In this document: in pieces, positions 50,428-60,802 of the stretch
How positions within the stretch are numbered: position 1 is the first letter of the stretch
Layout of the letters: each line of letters opens with the position of its first letter
Notes under the pieces: generated by a model
The model's input: the letters and a program-made list of their open reading frames with translations, nothing else
The model's database searches: none
Told to the model about the DNA's origin: nothing
Program-made: the position numbers and the translations under genes
Assembly: GCA_963720545.1 (NCBI GenBank)
Contig: OY970399.1
Coordinates: 2,848,001-2,912,000, forward strand
Source: an uncultured Acidobacteriota bacterium
GTDB lineage: Bacteria; Acidobacteriota; Vicinamibacteria; Fen-336
Length of the DNA: 64,000 bases
Direction: 5' to 3'

Positions 50428-52242
50428 ATGAGGAACAGCACCAGCTGGCTGGCTGTCGCCGCCATTGCCGCAATCGCCGCAGCACCGGCGCTCGCGGTCA
50501 CTGGCAATGCCGATCAGCGTGCAGCCGCGCAGCGCGTCGCCGCCGACGTGGCACGCCTTGCGGGCGACGAGATGGAGGGCCGCCGCGCCGGCACGCGGGG
50601 CGCCGACCGCGCCGCGGCGTTCGTCGCCGCGCAGATGAAGGCCATCGGCCTCGAGCCTGGCGACGCGGGCGCCTTCGAGCAGCGCTTCTCGTTTGCCGCC
50701 GGCGTCAAGGAAGGCTCGGGCAACAATCTGGCCGTCGGCACGCGCGTCCTGAAGGCCGGCGCCGACTTCCGGCCGCTGGCGTTCTCGCTGAAGGGCGAGA
50801 GCGCCGCCGAGGCGGTGTTCGCCGGCTATGGCCTCGTCTCGGATGACAGGAAACGGGACGACTTCGCGGGCGCCGAGGTTCGTGGGCGCATCGCGATCGT
50901 GCTGCGCTACAGCCCCGACGGCCTCGACCCGCATTCGCAGTGGGGCGCCCTCGCGACCCTGCGCGCCAAGGCGGCCGCGGCGCGCGAAAAAGGCGCCACC
51001 GGCATCCTCATCGTCACCGGGCCGCGCACCAGTAACGCCAAGGACGAACTCATTTCGGGACAGGCGGACATCGGCGACATCGACGTCGGCATTCCGGCGA
51101 TGAGCGTGCTGCGCGCCGCTGTCGAGCCGCTGTTTGCGGCGGCCGGCACCACGCTCGACGGGGAACAGGCGCGCGCCGACGCGGCGGCAGGCGGCACGGC
51201 CCGACGCCTTGGCGGCACGCAGGTGGCGATGCGGGGCGACGTCACGCCGCAGCACGCCACCGGACGCAACGTCATCGGCATCCTGCGCGTTGCGGGCGCC
51301 GCACAGACGCTGGTGGTCGGCGCGCACTACGACCACCTCGGCACCGGCGCTCCCGGTTCGCTGGAACCGTCGCCGCAGGGCAAGATCCATCACGGCGCCG
51401 ACGACAACGCCTCGGGCGTGGCGGCGGTCCTCGAGCTGGCCCGCCGCCTCAGTGCCAACCGCGCTGCGCTCGCGCGCAACGTCGTGTTCGTCGCCTTCGG
51501 CGGCGAGGAGCTGGGCCTGCTCGGCTCGGCCTACTTCGTGCGGCACCCGCCGCTGCCGCTCGCGCGCGTCACCGCCATGGTCAACCTCGACATGGTGGGC
51601 CGGCTCCACGAGGACACCGTTGACGTGCACGGCATGGGCACGAGCCCCGCGTGGCCGGGCCTGGTGGAGCCCGCCGCCGCGGCCGCGGGCATCAAGCTGC
51701 GCGAGCACCAGGGCGGGTTCGGCCCGTCCGACCACAGCTCGTTCTACGCAGCCGGAAAGCCGGTCCTGTTCTTTTTCACGGGCAACCATGCCGACTACCA
51801 TCGCGCCTCGGACACCGCCGAGAAGGTGAACTCGGACGGCATCGTCAGGTTGTTGAACGTCCTGGAGCCGGTGATTCGGGGTGCGGCGAAGGAATCGACT
51901 CTGGTAGCCTTCAGCGCTGTGAGTGGCGACCAGCAGCAGCCGCAAGGCGGCGCGACCCAGGGGTTCAAGGTGTGGGTCGGCGGCATTCCCGATTACAGCG
52001 CCCCGGGACCGGGCGTCACGTTCTCCGGCGTCTCGCCCGGATCGCCTGCCGAGAAGGCCGGGGTCCACGGCGGTGACATCCTCGTCAGGTTCAAGGGCAA
52101 GGACATCCGCGACATCTACGAGTACACGGCGGCGCTCGGCGACGCGAAGCCCGGCGAAACTGTCACGCTCGTGCTGAAGCGCGGGGGAAGCGAACTCTCC
52201 CTCGACCTGACCCTGGTGGAGCGTCCCAGCCCCGGGCGCTAG
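50428..52242 (+). CDS. M28 family aminopeptidase with PA and PDZ domains
   Basis: 'VGAHYDHLG', 'GADDNASG', 'GEELGLLGS', 'NLDMVGR', 'SDHSSF'; C-terminal PDZ 'GSPAEKAG..GD'. Confidence 0.93.
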   Translation: MRNSTSWLAVAAIAAIAAAPALAVTGNADQRAAAQRVAADVARLAGDEMEGRRAGTRGADRAAAFVAAQMKAIGLEPGDAGAFEQRFSFAAGVKEGSGNNLAVGTRVLKAGADFRPLAFSLKGESAAEAVFAGYGLVSDDRKRDDFAGAEVRGRIAIVLRYSPDGLDPHSQWGALATLRAKAAAAREKGATGILIVTGPRTSNAKDELISGQADIGDIDVGIPAMSVLRAAVEPLFAAAGTTLDGEQARADAAAGGTARRLGGTQVAMRGDVTPQHATGRNVIGILRVAGAAQTLVVGAHYDHLGTGAPGSLEPSPQGKIHHGADDNASGVAAVLELARRLSANRAALARNVVFVAFGGEELGLLGSAYFVRHPPLPLARVTAMVNLDMVGRLHEDTVDVHGMGTSPAWPGLVEPAAAAAGIKLREHQGGFGPSDHSSFYAAGKPVLFFFTGNHADYHRASDTAEKVNSDGIVRLLNVLEPVIRGAAKESTLVAFSAVSGDQQQPQGGATQGFKVWVGGIPDYSAPGPGVTFSGVSPGSPAEKAGVHGGDILVRFKGKDIRDIYEYTAALGDAKPGETVTLVLKRGGSELSLDLTLVERPSPGR

Positions 52243-52245
52243 CCG

Positions 52246-53220
52246 TCAGCAGTCGAGATCGACCTCGACTCCGAGCCCGCGTTCCGCGGCACGGCGCGCC
52301 ACCAGGGCGCCAAGCGCCAGGTCCTGGATCGCAAGGCCGACGCTCTTGAAGACGGTGGTCTCGTCGGGCGCCTGGCGCGCGAGGCGCGTGCCGATGAGCA
52401 CCTCGCCCAGCTCGGCCAGCTCGCGCCATTCGTAGTAGCCGGCGTTGACGCCGCGCAGCAAGTCGCCGGCCTCCGCTTCGGCCGCCGCGCGCGAATCGAC
52501 CACGATGCGGGCCTGCTGCAGCAGCTCGACCGGCAGCTCGCCCATGTCGAGGCGGAAGCTGCCGATGCCGTTGACGTGCACGCCGGGCGCAAGGTCGCTG
52601 GCGGCGAACACCGGCTGGTGCGATGTCGTCGCCGCGCACACGATGTCGGCACCGGCGACCGCATCGGCGGCGCTTTGTGCGGGGACCACGTCGCAGCCGA
52701 GATGGCGGGCTGCGTCGGCGGCGAACGCGCGGCGGTGGGCGCCGTCGCGGCAGAAGACCCGCACCTCGCCCAACTCGCGCACCCGCGCGATGGCCGCGAT
52801 CGCGTGGCGCGCCTGGAAGCCGGCACCGAGCACTCCGAGGCATGCGGCATCGGGCCGCGCCAGCACCTCGGTCGCGACCGCCACGGCCGCGGCGGTGCGC
52901 AAGGCGGTGAGCAGGCCCGCCTCGACGACGGCGAGCGGCGTGCCGGTCTCGGCGTCCAGGACGTGCAGCAGGCCGGTGGTGGTGCGCAGGCCGCGCGCCG
53001 CGTTGTCGGGATGCACCGACACCACCTTCACCACGGTTGCGCCGACCGCAGTGGAGCCCGCCGGCATGACGAGCGTGGTGCCGAAGGACGAGGCGATCGC
53101 CGTGCGCGCCGGGGCCGTCGCCTCGCCGCGCGCGGCCGCGGCGAACACGTCGCGCACGGCCGCGATCGCCTCGTCGAGGGACACGCAGGACGAGACGTCG
53201 GATCGCGAAAGGAGCCGCAC
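52246..53220 (-). CDS. Ornithine cyclodeaminase / mu-crystallin family
   Basis: 'LTALRTAA', 'GAGFQA', 'FKSVGLAIQDLA'. Confidence 0.92.
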   Translation of the reverse strand: MRLLSRSDVSSCVSLDEAIAAVRDVFAAAARGEATAPARTAIASSFGTTLVMPAGSTAVGATVVKVVSVHPDNAARGLRTTTGLLHVLDAETGTPLAVVEAGLLTALRTAAAVAVATEVLARPDAACLGVLGAGFQARHAIAAIARVRELGEVRVFCRDGAHRRAFAADAARHLGCDVVPAQSAADAVAGADIVCAATTSHQPVFAASDLAPGVHVNGIGSFRLDMGELPVELLQQARIVVDSRAAAEAEAGDLLRGVNAGYYEWRELAELGEVLIGTRLARQAPDETTVFKSVGLAIQDLALGALVARRAAERGLGVEVDLDC

Positions 53221-53253
53221 GGAATCCCGATGTTACGTGTTACTTTCTTAACC

Positions 53254-53775
53254 ATGAAGACACCGACACCGAAACTCATTGCAGTACTGTCTCTTGCCCT
53301 GGCGCCCTTGGCCCAGGCCGCGGAACCGCTCAAGGTCGGCGACACCGCACCGGCCTTCTCCCTGCCCTCCTCGCAAGGCAAGACCGTGTCGCTCGCGGAC
53401 TTCGCCGGCAAGCAGACGCTGGTGGTCGCCTTCTTCCCGAAGGCCTTCACCGGCGGCTGCACCAAGGAGATGACCTCGTACGGCGAACAGTTCAAGAGCT
53501 TCACCGCCGAGGGCGCCCATGTGGTGGGCGTCTCGATGGACAACCTCGATGAGCAGACGAAGTTCGCGCAGAGCCTCAAGCTGCCGTTCGACCTGCTCTC
53601 CGACGAGAAGGGAGTCGCGGCGGAGGCCTACGGCGTCAAGAGCGACAAGGGCCCCTACGCCAACCGCGTCACCTTCGTGGTGGACAAGGGCGGCAAGATC
53701 ACCGAGGTGATTTCCGGCGCCAATGCCATCGACCCCGCGGGCTCGCTGCAGGCGTGCAAGCGCAAGACCTCCTGA
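53254..53775 (+). CDS. Peroxiredoxin (BCP/PrxQ-like) with signal peptide
   Basis: 'GDTAPAFSL', 'FFPKAFTGGCTKE', 'RVTFVVD'. Confidence 0.9.
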   Translation: MKTPTPKLIAVLSLALAPLAQAAEPLKVGDTAPAFSLPSSQGKTVSLADFAGKQTLVVAFFPKAFTGGCTKEMTSYGEQFKSFTAEGAHVVGVSMDNLDEQTKFAQSLKLPFDLLSDEKGVAAEAYGVKSDKGPYANRVTFVVDKGGKITEVISGANAIDPAGSLQACKRKTS

Positions 53776-53784
53776 GCCCTTCGC

Positions 53785-54192
53785 TTGGTCACGGCGCCGA
53801 CGGTTGTCGACCTCACCTGGGAGGGTGAGCTCCGCTTCGCCGCGAAGAGCGGCGCCGCGGCGCTGACGCTCGACAGCGCGGGGCAGGCGGGCCCGTCGCC
53901 GGTGCAGGCGCTGGCGGCGGCGCTCGGCGGCTGCATGGGCATGGACGTGGTCCACATCCTCGCCAAGTCGCGGCTGCCAGTCACCGGCGTGCGCGCCCAC
54001 CTGGTCGCGGAGCGCGCGCCGGACGAGCCGCGGCGAGTCCTCGCCGTGGACCTGGCCTTCGTGGTCACTGGCGACGTGCCCGCCGACAAGGTGGAGCGCG
54101 CCATCGCCTTGTCGCGCGAGAAATACTGCTCGGTCTGGGCGAGCCTCAACCCCGACATCCGCTTCAACACCAGCTTCACCGTCGAGGCTTGA
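53785..54192 (+). CDS. OsmC family protein
   Basis: 'GPSPVQ..LGGCMGMDV', 'LSREKYCSV'. Confidence 0.9.
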   Translation: MVTAPTVVDLTWEGELRFAAKSGAAALTLDSAGQAGPSPVQALAAALGGCMGMDVVHILAKSRLPVTGVRAHLVAERAPDEPRRVLAVDLAFVVTGDVPADKVERAIALSREKYCSVWASLNPDIRFNTSFTVEA

Positions 54193-54223
54193 CCACCACC
54201 GACTGAGCGGCATAGCGTTCGTC

Positions 54224-55738
54224 ATGCGAACGCGGCGATATTTCATCCAGACGGTGGTGATGGGCGCCGCGGGGGCAACGGCCGCGGCCTGCCGCGACCA
54301 GCCGAAGAGCGCCGCAGCGACGGCGCCGAGCACTGCCCCGGGACCGCTGCCTCGCTCGCTCGACGGCGAGGGTTTCGAGATCTGCCACGCCGTTCGCGAC
54401 GGCGGCACCTATGCGAGCGCAGCGCCGACTGCGTCCCACGACGTCGTGATCGTCGGCGGCGGGCCGAGCGGCATGATGGCGGCCTGGCGGCTGCGCGACC
54501 GCGACGTGCTGCTGCTCGAGAAAGAGCCGCGCTTCGGCGGCAACTGCGTCCTCGACGAGTGGCAGGGCGTGCGCATGTCCACCGGCGGCGCCTTCTACAC
54601 CGAGGCGGAAGCGCCGCTCATCGCGCTCTTCAAGGAAGCCGGCATCGAGGGCATGCCGGTGACCGGCGGCGACAGCCTGGTCATCGGCGGTGTGCCGACG
54701 GTGGACTTCTTCCGCGACGGCGCCGCGAAGCTGCCGTTCTCGCAGAAGATCCGCGACGACTTCCGCCGCTCGCACGACGACCTGTCCGCGATGTACAAGA
54801 CGCGCCCCGCGGCCGAGCTCGACGCGCTGTCGTTCGCCGAGCTGCTGAAGCCGTACGACCCTATCGTCACGAAGTTCTGGGACCGTTTCGGCCCCTCCAA
54901 CTGGGGCGGCGACGCGAGGAGCACCTCCGGCTACATCGGCGCCGAGGCGTACACCTGGGCGGGCGGCGTCTCCGACCCGCGCTGGACGTTCCCCGGCGGG
55001 CTGTCGGGCGGAGCCACCAAGCTCGCGGAGAAGCTCTTGCCGATCCTCGGCGACCGCATGAAGAAGGGCGTCGCGGTTTACCGGGTGGAGCGCGAGGCGA
55101 AGGGCAGGGGCGCGGTGGTGCGCTACCTCGAGAATGGCGAGCCACGCGCGGTGCGCGCGCGCGCCGTGATCCTCGCGATCCCGAAGTACTTCACGATGCA
55201 CATCGTGCCCGGCCTGCCGAAGGCGCAGGTGGACGCGATGCGGGCCACGCGCTACGCGCCGTTTCCGGTGTTCAACGTGTGCATGAACAGCGTTGGTCCT
55301 GAGCCCGCGTACGACAACTGGTTCCTCGACACGCCGTTCACCGACTTCATCCCCGCCGAATGGATCCTGTCGGCGGGCAGGGGCCCGAAGGACCGCAAGA
55401 CGGCGCTCACCGTCTACCACCCGCTCGCCGAGAACATGCGCGGCCTGCTGCTCGCGGACGATTCGGTGCTGGAACTGGTGGACGGCGTCGCGGCGGGGCT
55501 CGAGAAGCATTTCCCCGGCACCGTCGCGAAGATCGCCGAGGTGCGCGTCTTCCGCCGTGGCCACCCGATGTTCATCCCCACGCCGGGGCGCCAGGCGCAG
55601 CTCGAAACGATCGCTGCGCCATTCGGCCCGATCCAGTTCGCGCACACCGACGCGCACACGCTGCCGTCCTTCTGGGGCGGCCTGATCGCCGCCGACAAGG
55701 CGGTCGCGCACGTGCGCGACACGCTCGCCAAGTCGTAG
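54224..55738 (+). CDS. TAT-exported FAD-dependent amine-oxidase-like oxidoreductase
   Basis: 'TRRYFI' twin-arginine signal; 'VVIVGGGPSG..LLEKEPRFGG', 'RRGHPMF', 'FAHTD'. Confidence 0.82.
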   Translation: MRTRRYFIQTVVMGAAGATAAACRDQPKSAAATAPSTAPGPLPRSLDGEGFEICHAVRDGGTYASAAPTASHDVVIVGGGPSGMMAAWRLRDRDVLLLEKEPRFGGNCVLDEWQGVRMSTGGAFYTEAEAPLIALFKEAGIEGMPVTGGDSLVIGGVPTVDFFRDGAAKLPFSQKIRDDFRRSHDDLSAMYKTRPAAELDALSFAELLKPYDPIVTKFWDRFGPSNWGGDARSTSGYIGAEAYTWAGGVSDPRWTFPGGLSGGATKLAEKLLPILGDRMKKGVAVYRVEREAKGRGAVVRYLENGEPRAVRARAVILAIPKYFTMHIVPGLPKAQVDAMRATRYAPFPVFNVCMNSVGPEPAYDNWFLDTPFTDFIPAEWILSAGRGPKDRKTALTVYHPLAENMRGLLLADDSVLELVDGVAAGLEKHFPGTVAKIAEVRVFRRGHPMFIPTPGRQAQLETIAAPFGPIQFAHTDAHTLPSFWGGLIAADKAVAHVRDTLAKS

Positions 55739-55741
55739 TTC

Positions 55742-57160
55742 TTAGGAGTTCGCCGGCCGCGACATTGCGATGAGCGCGCCGGGCACCACGATCGCGAGCA
55801 CCGAGGCGAGCGTCAGCCAGCTCGTGAGCACGTCGGCCGGCCGTGGCCAGCAGAGGTTCACGATCATCGCGACGCCGTAGGCGAGCGCCAGCCCCGCGAC
55901 CACGGTGCCGAAGCGGCCGAGGCTGAAGGCGCCTTGCGGCCGCCAGCCGCGCGCGCCGGCGATGAGGCGCCCGAGCACCACCGCCTGGAACGACAGGTAG
56001 ATGCCGGCGACCGCGTACGAACCGAGGAGCGCATTGGCGTTGACACCCTTCACCTGCACGTAGGTGAGGCCGGTGACCAGGGCGCCGACCGCGGCGGTGA
56101 ACAGGATGGCGTTGCCGGGTACGCCGTGCGACGAGACCGCCATGAGCCAGGGCGAGCCGGGCACCGCCTTGTCGCGCGCGTAGGAAAAGATGAGGCGCGC
56201 GCCTGCCGCCTGCACCGCGGCGGCGCACGAGAAGTAGGCGAACACCACGAGCACCAGGATCAGCGCGCGCCAGCCCGGGCCGAAGCGTTCGCCGAGGATG
56301 AAGGGGATCGTCTGCGCCGGATCGGCGGCGGCCGCGGCGAGGTCGCTCGTGCCGAGAATGAGCGCCGTCTCAACCAGCAGCGTCACGAACGCCGCGCCGA
56401 TCAGCGACGTGATCATCGCCCGCGGCACTTGCTTGCCGGGGTCCACAACCTCCTCCGCGACATCGGCCGCCGACTCGAAGCCGTAAAAGATCCAGGCCAT
56501 CGCCAGGGTCGAGGCGAAGAATGCGGGCAGGTACGAGGAGCCGGAGGGCGCCGCGGTGGTGAACAACGTGGCGAGCGGCTGGCGCGTGCCGCTCCAGAAG
56601 ATGACTCCGGCGATCACCAGGGTCGCGATCACCTCGACCGCGATGCCGGCGGAGGTGATGAAGGCGGTGCCCTTCACGCCGAAGTAGTTGAAAGCGGTGT
56701 GCGCCAGCAGCAGTGCGACGGCGATCCAAACCAGCACCGCCCGGTCGCTCGACAGGCCGAGGAGCGACGCGACGTAGGGCGCCGCGCCGAAGTCCACGGC
56801 CGCGATGGTGACGACCAGCGCCCAGCCGTAGGTCCAGCCGACGAACCAGCCGTAGCGCGGCCCCACCAGCCGCCGCGCCCACTGGTAGAGCGCGCCGGCG
56901 AGCGGGTAGCTCGCGGCCACCTCGCTGAAGGTGAGCGCCACCAGCAGCTGGCCGCCAACCACGATGGGCAGGCCCCAGATGAACGCCGGGCCGCCGGTGG
57001 CCAGGCCGTAGCCGAACAGGGTGTAGACGCCGACGACCGGGGAGATGTAGCAGAAGGCGATGCCGAAGCTCGCGAGCAGCCCGAGGGTGCGTTTCAGCTC
57101 CTGGGCGTAGCCGAACTTCGCGAGGCTGTCGGCGTCGGCTGACGTCCTGGTATCGCTCAT
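55742..57160 (-). CDS. APC family amino acid/amine permease
   Basis: 'GYAQELKRTL', 'YPLAGALYQW', 'YGFESA..AEE', 'ARLIFSYARD'; about 12 TMs. Confidence 0.92.
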   Translation of the reverse strand: MSDTRTSADADSLAKFGYAQELKRTLGLLASFGIAFCYISPVVGVYTLFGYGLATGGPAFIWGLPIVVGGQLLVALTFSEVAASYPLAGALYQWARRLVGPRYGWFVGWTYGWALVVTIAAVDFGAAPYVASLLGLSSDRAVLVWIAVALLLAHTAFNYFGVKGTAFITSAGIAVEVIATLVIAGVIFWSGTRQPLATLFTTAAPSGSSYLPAFFASTLAMAWIFYGFESAADVAEEVVDPGKQVPRAMITSLIGAAFVTLLVETALILGTSDLAAAAADPAQTIPFILGERFGPGWRALILVLVVFAYFSCAAAVQAAGARLIFSYARDKAVPGSPWLMAVSSHGVPGNAILFTAAVGALVTGLTYVQVKGVNANALLGSYAVAGIYLSFQAVVLGRLIAGARGWRPQGAFSLGRFGTVVAGLALAYGVAMIVNLCWPRPADVLTSWLTLASVLAIVVPGALIAMSRPANS

Positions 57161-57219
57161 GGCGGTCTTGCCCCCGGCGCAGATGCTAAGGTTCTCCAGA
57201 GTCCTCGTCCAACAGGAGC

Positions 57220-57711
57220 GTGGTCATGCGCAGGCGTAGCGCCCTCACCAGTCTCGGAGCCGCGGCGGCCGCCTTGGCAGCGCCGCGCAGCGCGCCCGCG
57301 GACGACGCCGGTTCCAAGGTCGCCGCGCAGGCGGTGCTCGACCGCTTCCTGCGCGCCTGGGAAAACCTCGACCTCGAGGCCATGGCCCCGACGCTGGCAG
57401 CCGACACGACCTTCTTCTTTCCGGCGCCCATGCCCTCCGAACGCTTCGCCGGGCGCGATGCCGTCCTGGCGCGCTTCGCGGTGACCGCCGCCAACTTGCG
57501 CAAGGCCTCGAACCGCACCACGCCGCCTTTCCAGAGCTTCGTTCCCGAGGACCTGCGGGTGGAGCAGCTCGGCGCCGATGTCGTGCTCTTCACCTTCCAC
57601 CTGCGCAACGACGAGCGCTTCGCGCGGCGTAGCTTCGTCCTCGGCCGCGGCGATGACGGGTGGAGCATCGTCCATGCGCACGGGTCGAACGTGCCGCGGG
57701 CGCGCGCATGA
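57220..57711 (+). CDS. NTF2/SnoaL-like domain protein
   Basis: RR-type signal; 'FLRAWENLD', 'GRDAV', 'WSIVHAHGS'. Confidence 0.8.
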   Translation: MVMRRRSALTSLGAAAAALAAPRSAPADDAGSKVAAQAVLDRFLRAWENLDLEAMAPTLAADTTFFFPAPMPSERFAGRDAVLARFAVTAANLRKASNRTTPPFQSFVPEDLRVEQLGADVVLFTFHLRNDERFARRSFVLGRGDDGWSIVHAHGSNVPRARA

Positions 57712-58454
57712 CCGCGATTCGCCTGTTTGGCCCGCTGCTTGGCGGCCACAAGGGCCCCGCGGTGCTGGTGCCGTTCGATCCGGCGGAACGCTGGGGCATC
57801 GAGGAAACGACGCTCGGACCTGGCCGGCGCGGGTTCCGGGTCCGCGCCAGCATCAAGAAGATCCCGTTCGACAGCGCCATCGTCTCGCGCCTGCGCCGCA
57901 ACTACCTGACGATCGACAAGTCGATCGTCGCCGAGGCCGGCTGCGTCGCGGGCAAGGACGTCGAGATCTTCGTCGAGCCGATGCGAGGGCCGGTGGCCGC
58001 GAAGGTGTCGCCCACCCGGCAGCTCGGCGAGTTCATCGCCCGCTTCACGCCGGAGATCGCAGCGCTGGCGCGCAAGGCGGTCGCGAAGATGCGGCGGCGT
58101 CTGCCGGGCGCGCACGTCCTCGTCTACGACAACTACAACGCGCTGGCCGTCGGCTTCGGCCCGTCCGAACGCACTTCGGAGGCGCTGCTCTCAATCGCCG
58201 TGTTCCCGAACGCGGTGGCGCTCTGCTTCGTCTGGGGCGTGCGCCTCGACGACCCGGAGCAGCTGCTGCGCGGCGAAGGCACCCAGGTGCGCACGCTGCG
58301 CCTCGAGAAGGCGAGCGACCTCGACAAGCCGGCCGTTGTCGCGCTCATCGAACAGGCGCAGGAACTCGCCGACCATAAGGTTCCGGCCGGCGTGCGCGGC
58401 CAGCTGATCATCAAGTCGGTGTCCGCCCGGCAGCGTCCGCGGCGCCCCGAGTAA
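57708..58454 (+). CDS. Hypothetical two-domain protein (DUF1905-like + DUF1801-like)
   Basis: N-terminal 'VLVPFDP..WG..VRASI..AG..GKDVEI'; C-terminal 'LVYDNYNAL..F..GVRLDDPEQLLRGEGTQVR'. Confidence 0.6.
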   Translation: MTAIRLFGPLLGGHKGPAVLVPFDPAERWGIEETTLGPGRRGFRVRASIKKIPFDSAIVSRLRRNYLTIDKSIVAEAGCVAGKDVEIFVEPMRGPVAAKVSPTRQLGEFIARFTPEIAALARKAVAKMRRRLPGAHVLVYDNYNALAVGFGPSERTSEALLSIAVFPNAVALCFVWGVRLDDPEQLLRGEGTQVRTLRLEKASDLDKPAVVALIEQAQELADHKVPAGVRGQLIIKSVSARQRPRRPE

Positions 58455-58462
58455 GCAGGGCG

Positions 58463-59008
58463 TTGGCGCGCTTCGTCGGCCTGCTTCGCGGCGTGAACGT
58501 GGGCGGCAATCGCATGGTCGCAATGGCCGACCTGCGCGACTGCTGCACCAGGCTCGGCCTGAAGGACCCGGCGACGCTGCTGCAAAGCGGCAACCTGGTG
58601 TTCGAAGGCGGTGCTTCGAAGCCGGCGGCGCTCGAGAAGCGGCTGGAGACGGGCGTGCGCGAGCGCTTCGGTTTCGACGTCGACTTCATGGTGCGCACCA
58701 GCGCCGAATGGACAGCCATCATCGCCGGCAATCCGTTCAGGAAGGAGGCGCTGGCGGATCCGGCCCACCTCCTGGTGTTCGCCTTCAAGGCGGAGCCGGC
58801 CCCGGCGGCGGTCGCCGCTGTGAGCGAGGCGGGCAAGTTCGCCGAACAGATACGCCAGCGCGGCCGCGAGTTGTACGTCACGTTCCCCAACGGGATAGGG
58901 AGGTCGGCGCTCTCGACGGCTGCGGCCTGGCGCAAGCTCACGGCCGCCGGCACCGCCCGCAACTGGAACACCGTGCTGAAGCTCGCGGCGCTCGTGGCAG
59001 GTGCCTGA
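58463..59008 (+). CDS. DUF1697 family protein
   Basis: 'LLRGVNVGGNR..MADL', 'QSGNLVF', 'TARNWNTV'. Confidence 0.9.
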   Translation: MARFVGLLRGVNVGGNRMVAMADLRDCCTRLGLKDPATLLQSGNLVFEGGASKPAALEKRLETGVRERFGFDVDFMVRTSAEWTAIIAGNPFRKEALADPAHLLVFAFKAEPAPAAVAAVSEAGKFAEQIRQRGRELYVTFPNGIGRSALSTAAAWRKLTAAGTARNWNTVLKLAALVAGA

Positions 59009-59094
59009 ACGGCAGCGCTCGCTATTTGCTATCGTGTGCAGCCGCCGCTGCCTGGGCAGTGGCACTCCCTGATCTCAGGAGGGACGCCGCAACG

Positions 59095-59820
59095 ATGAGC
59101 ATGGCCGCCGTGAAAGGCGTGATCCGCCGCCGGATACTGGTCAACTACCGCGTCGATCCCTGCACCATCCAGGCGGTGCTGCCTCGCCGCTTCCGCCCGA
59201 GGCTGCACAAGGAGCGCGCGATCTGCGGCATCTGCCTCATTCGCCTCGAGCACGTCCGGCCGCGCGGCCTGCCGGCCTTCGTCGGCGTCGCCAGTGAAAA
59301 CGCCGCGCACCGCATCGCGGTCGAATGGACCGACGACAATGGCACGATGCGCCAGGGCGTGTTCGTGCCGCGGCGCGACACCGATTCGCGCCTCAACCGT
59401 TTCGCCGGCGGCCGCCTGTTTCCCGGCCTCCACAACCCCGCGACATTCGACGTCCGCGAAAGCGCCGAGAGCATCGACCTGACGATGGTCTCGAACGACG
59501 GCAAGGTGGCGGTGCGGGTGAAGGGCACGGTTGCCGACCAGCTCGGACCGACGTCCGGGTTCGAGTCGCTCGACGACGCCGCGCGCTTTTTTGCGGCGGG
59601 CTGCTTCGGCTATTCGCCGAGCGCCGATCCGCATCGCCTCGAAGGCGTCGAGGTGCGCACCCACGGCTTCAACCTCGCATCCCTCGACGTCGAGAGCGCC
59701 ATCTCCACCTTCTTCGCGAACCCGATGCGCTTCCCGCCGGAAAGCATGTCGTTCGACAGCGCGCTCATCATGCGCAACCTGGAGCACGAGTGGGTGCGCA
59801 CCGGGGATATGCGCGTCTGA
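59095..59820 (+). CDS. DUF2071 family protein
   Basis: RBS AGGAGG; 'RRILVNYRVDP', 'GICLIRL', 'SENAAHRIAVEW', 'FDSALIMR..HEW'. Confidence 0.8.
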   Translation: MSMAAVKGVIRRRILVNYRVDPCTIQAVLPRRFRPRLHKERAICGICLIRLEHVRPRGLPAFVGVASENAAHRIAVEWTDDNGTMRQGVFVPRRDTDSRLNRFAGGRLFPGLHNPATFDVRESAESIDLTMVSNDGKVAVRVKGTVADQLGPTSGFESLDDAARFFAAGCFGYSPSADPHRLEGVEVRTHGFNLASLDVESAISTFFANPMRFPPESMSFDSALIMRNLEHEWVRTGDMRV

Positions 59821-59856
59821 GCCCCGTGCCACCGCCGAGGGAACGAAACTCGCGCG

Positions 59857-60690
59857 TTAAGCGAGCTTAGACAGCCGTTCGATGCGCTCTTCGAGTGGCG
59901 GGTGGGTGCTGAAGAGGCCCATCAGCGAGCGGCCGCGCAGCGGGTTGACGATGAAGAGGTGCGCGGTGGCCTGGGTTGCGCCCTGCAGCGGGCGCTGGGT
60001 GGAAGCGGCCTGCAGCTTGCGCAGCGCGGCCATCAGTCCCTGCGGGTAGCCGACGAGGCGCGCGCCGCTCTGGTCGGCGTTGTACTCGCGCGAGCGGCTC
60101 ACCGCCATCTGCACCATCAGGGCCGCGATCGGCGCGAGGATCATGGTGGCGATGGCGACGAGCGGGTTGCCGCCGCGATTGTCGTCGCGGCCGCCGCCGC
60201 CGAAGTACAGGCCGAAGTGGGCGATGTAGCTGATGGCGCCGGCGATGGTCGCGGCGATCGTGGAGATGAGCGTGTCGCGGTTCAGCACATGCGACAGCTC
60301 GTGTGCGAGGACGCCTTCGAGTTCTTCGGGGTTCAGCGCCCGCAGGATGCCTTCGGTCGCGGCCACGGCCGCGTGCTTCGGGCTGCGGCCGGTGGCGAAC
60401 GCGTTGAGGGCTGGATCGGGCAGGACGTAGAGCGCCGGCATCGGGATCTCCGCCTTGCGTGCCAGGCGCTCGACGATCGCGTAGAGCTGCGGCGCCTGCG
60501 CCTGGGTCACGGGCTGTGCGCGGTAAGCCTTGAGGACGATCTTGTCGCTCCAGAAGAACGACACGAAATTCATCAGGCCGGCCATGACCAGCGCGGCCAG
60601 CATGCCCCGCTCGCCGCCCAGGCTGTACCCGATGGCGAGGAAGATTCCCGTCAGGATGCCCAGCAGCAGCGTCGTCTTCACCATGTTCAT
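59857..60690 (-). CDS. htpX: Zinc metalloprotease HtpX
   Basis: 'NAFATGR', 'HELSH', 'SRSREY.AD', 'FSTHPP'. Confidence 0.95.
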   Translation of the reverse strand: MNMVKTTLLLGILTGIFLAIGYSLGGERGMLAALVMAGLMNFVSFFWSDKIVLKAYRAQPVTQAQAPQLYAIVERLARKAEIPMPALYVLPDPALNAFATGRSPKHAAVAATEGILRALNPEELEGVLAHELSHVLNRDTLISTIAATIAGAISYIAHFGLYFGGGGRDDNRGGNPLVAIATMILAPIAALMVQMAVSRSREYNADQSGARLVGYPQGLMAALRKLQAASTQRPLQGATQATAHLFIVNPLRGRSLMGLFSTHPPLEERIERLSKLA

Positions 60691-60802
60691 GACAGCCTCA
60701 CCGTCCGCGATATTCCTTTTTTGAGGGTACACTGACGGCCATCGACGGACAACAGGCGCAGGGCCGAGGTGTCCTTAACTAGAAGCAACGAAAGGTATTG
60801 CC

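Noticed and set aside
53440..53470. Selenocysteine peroxiredoxin
   Set aside because: The peroxidatic codon is TGC (Cys), not TGA.
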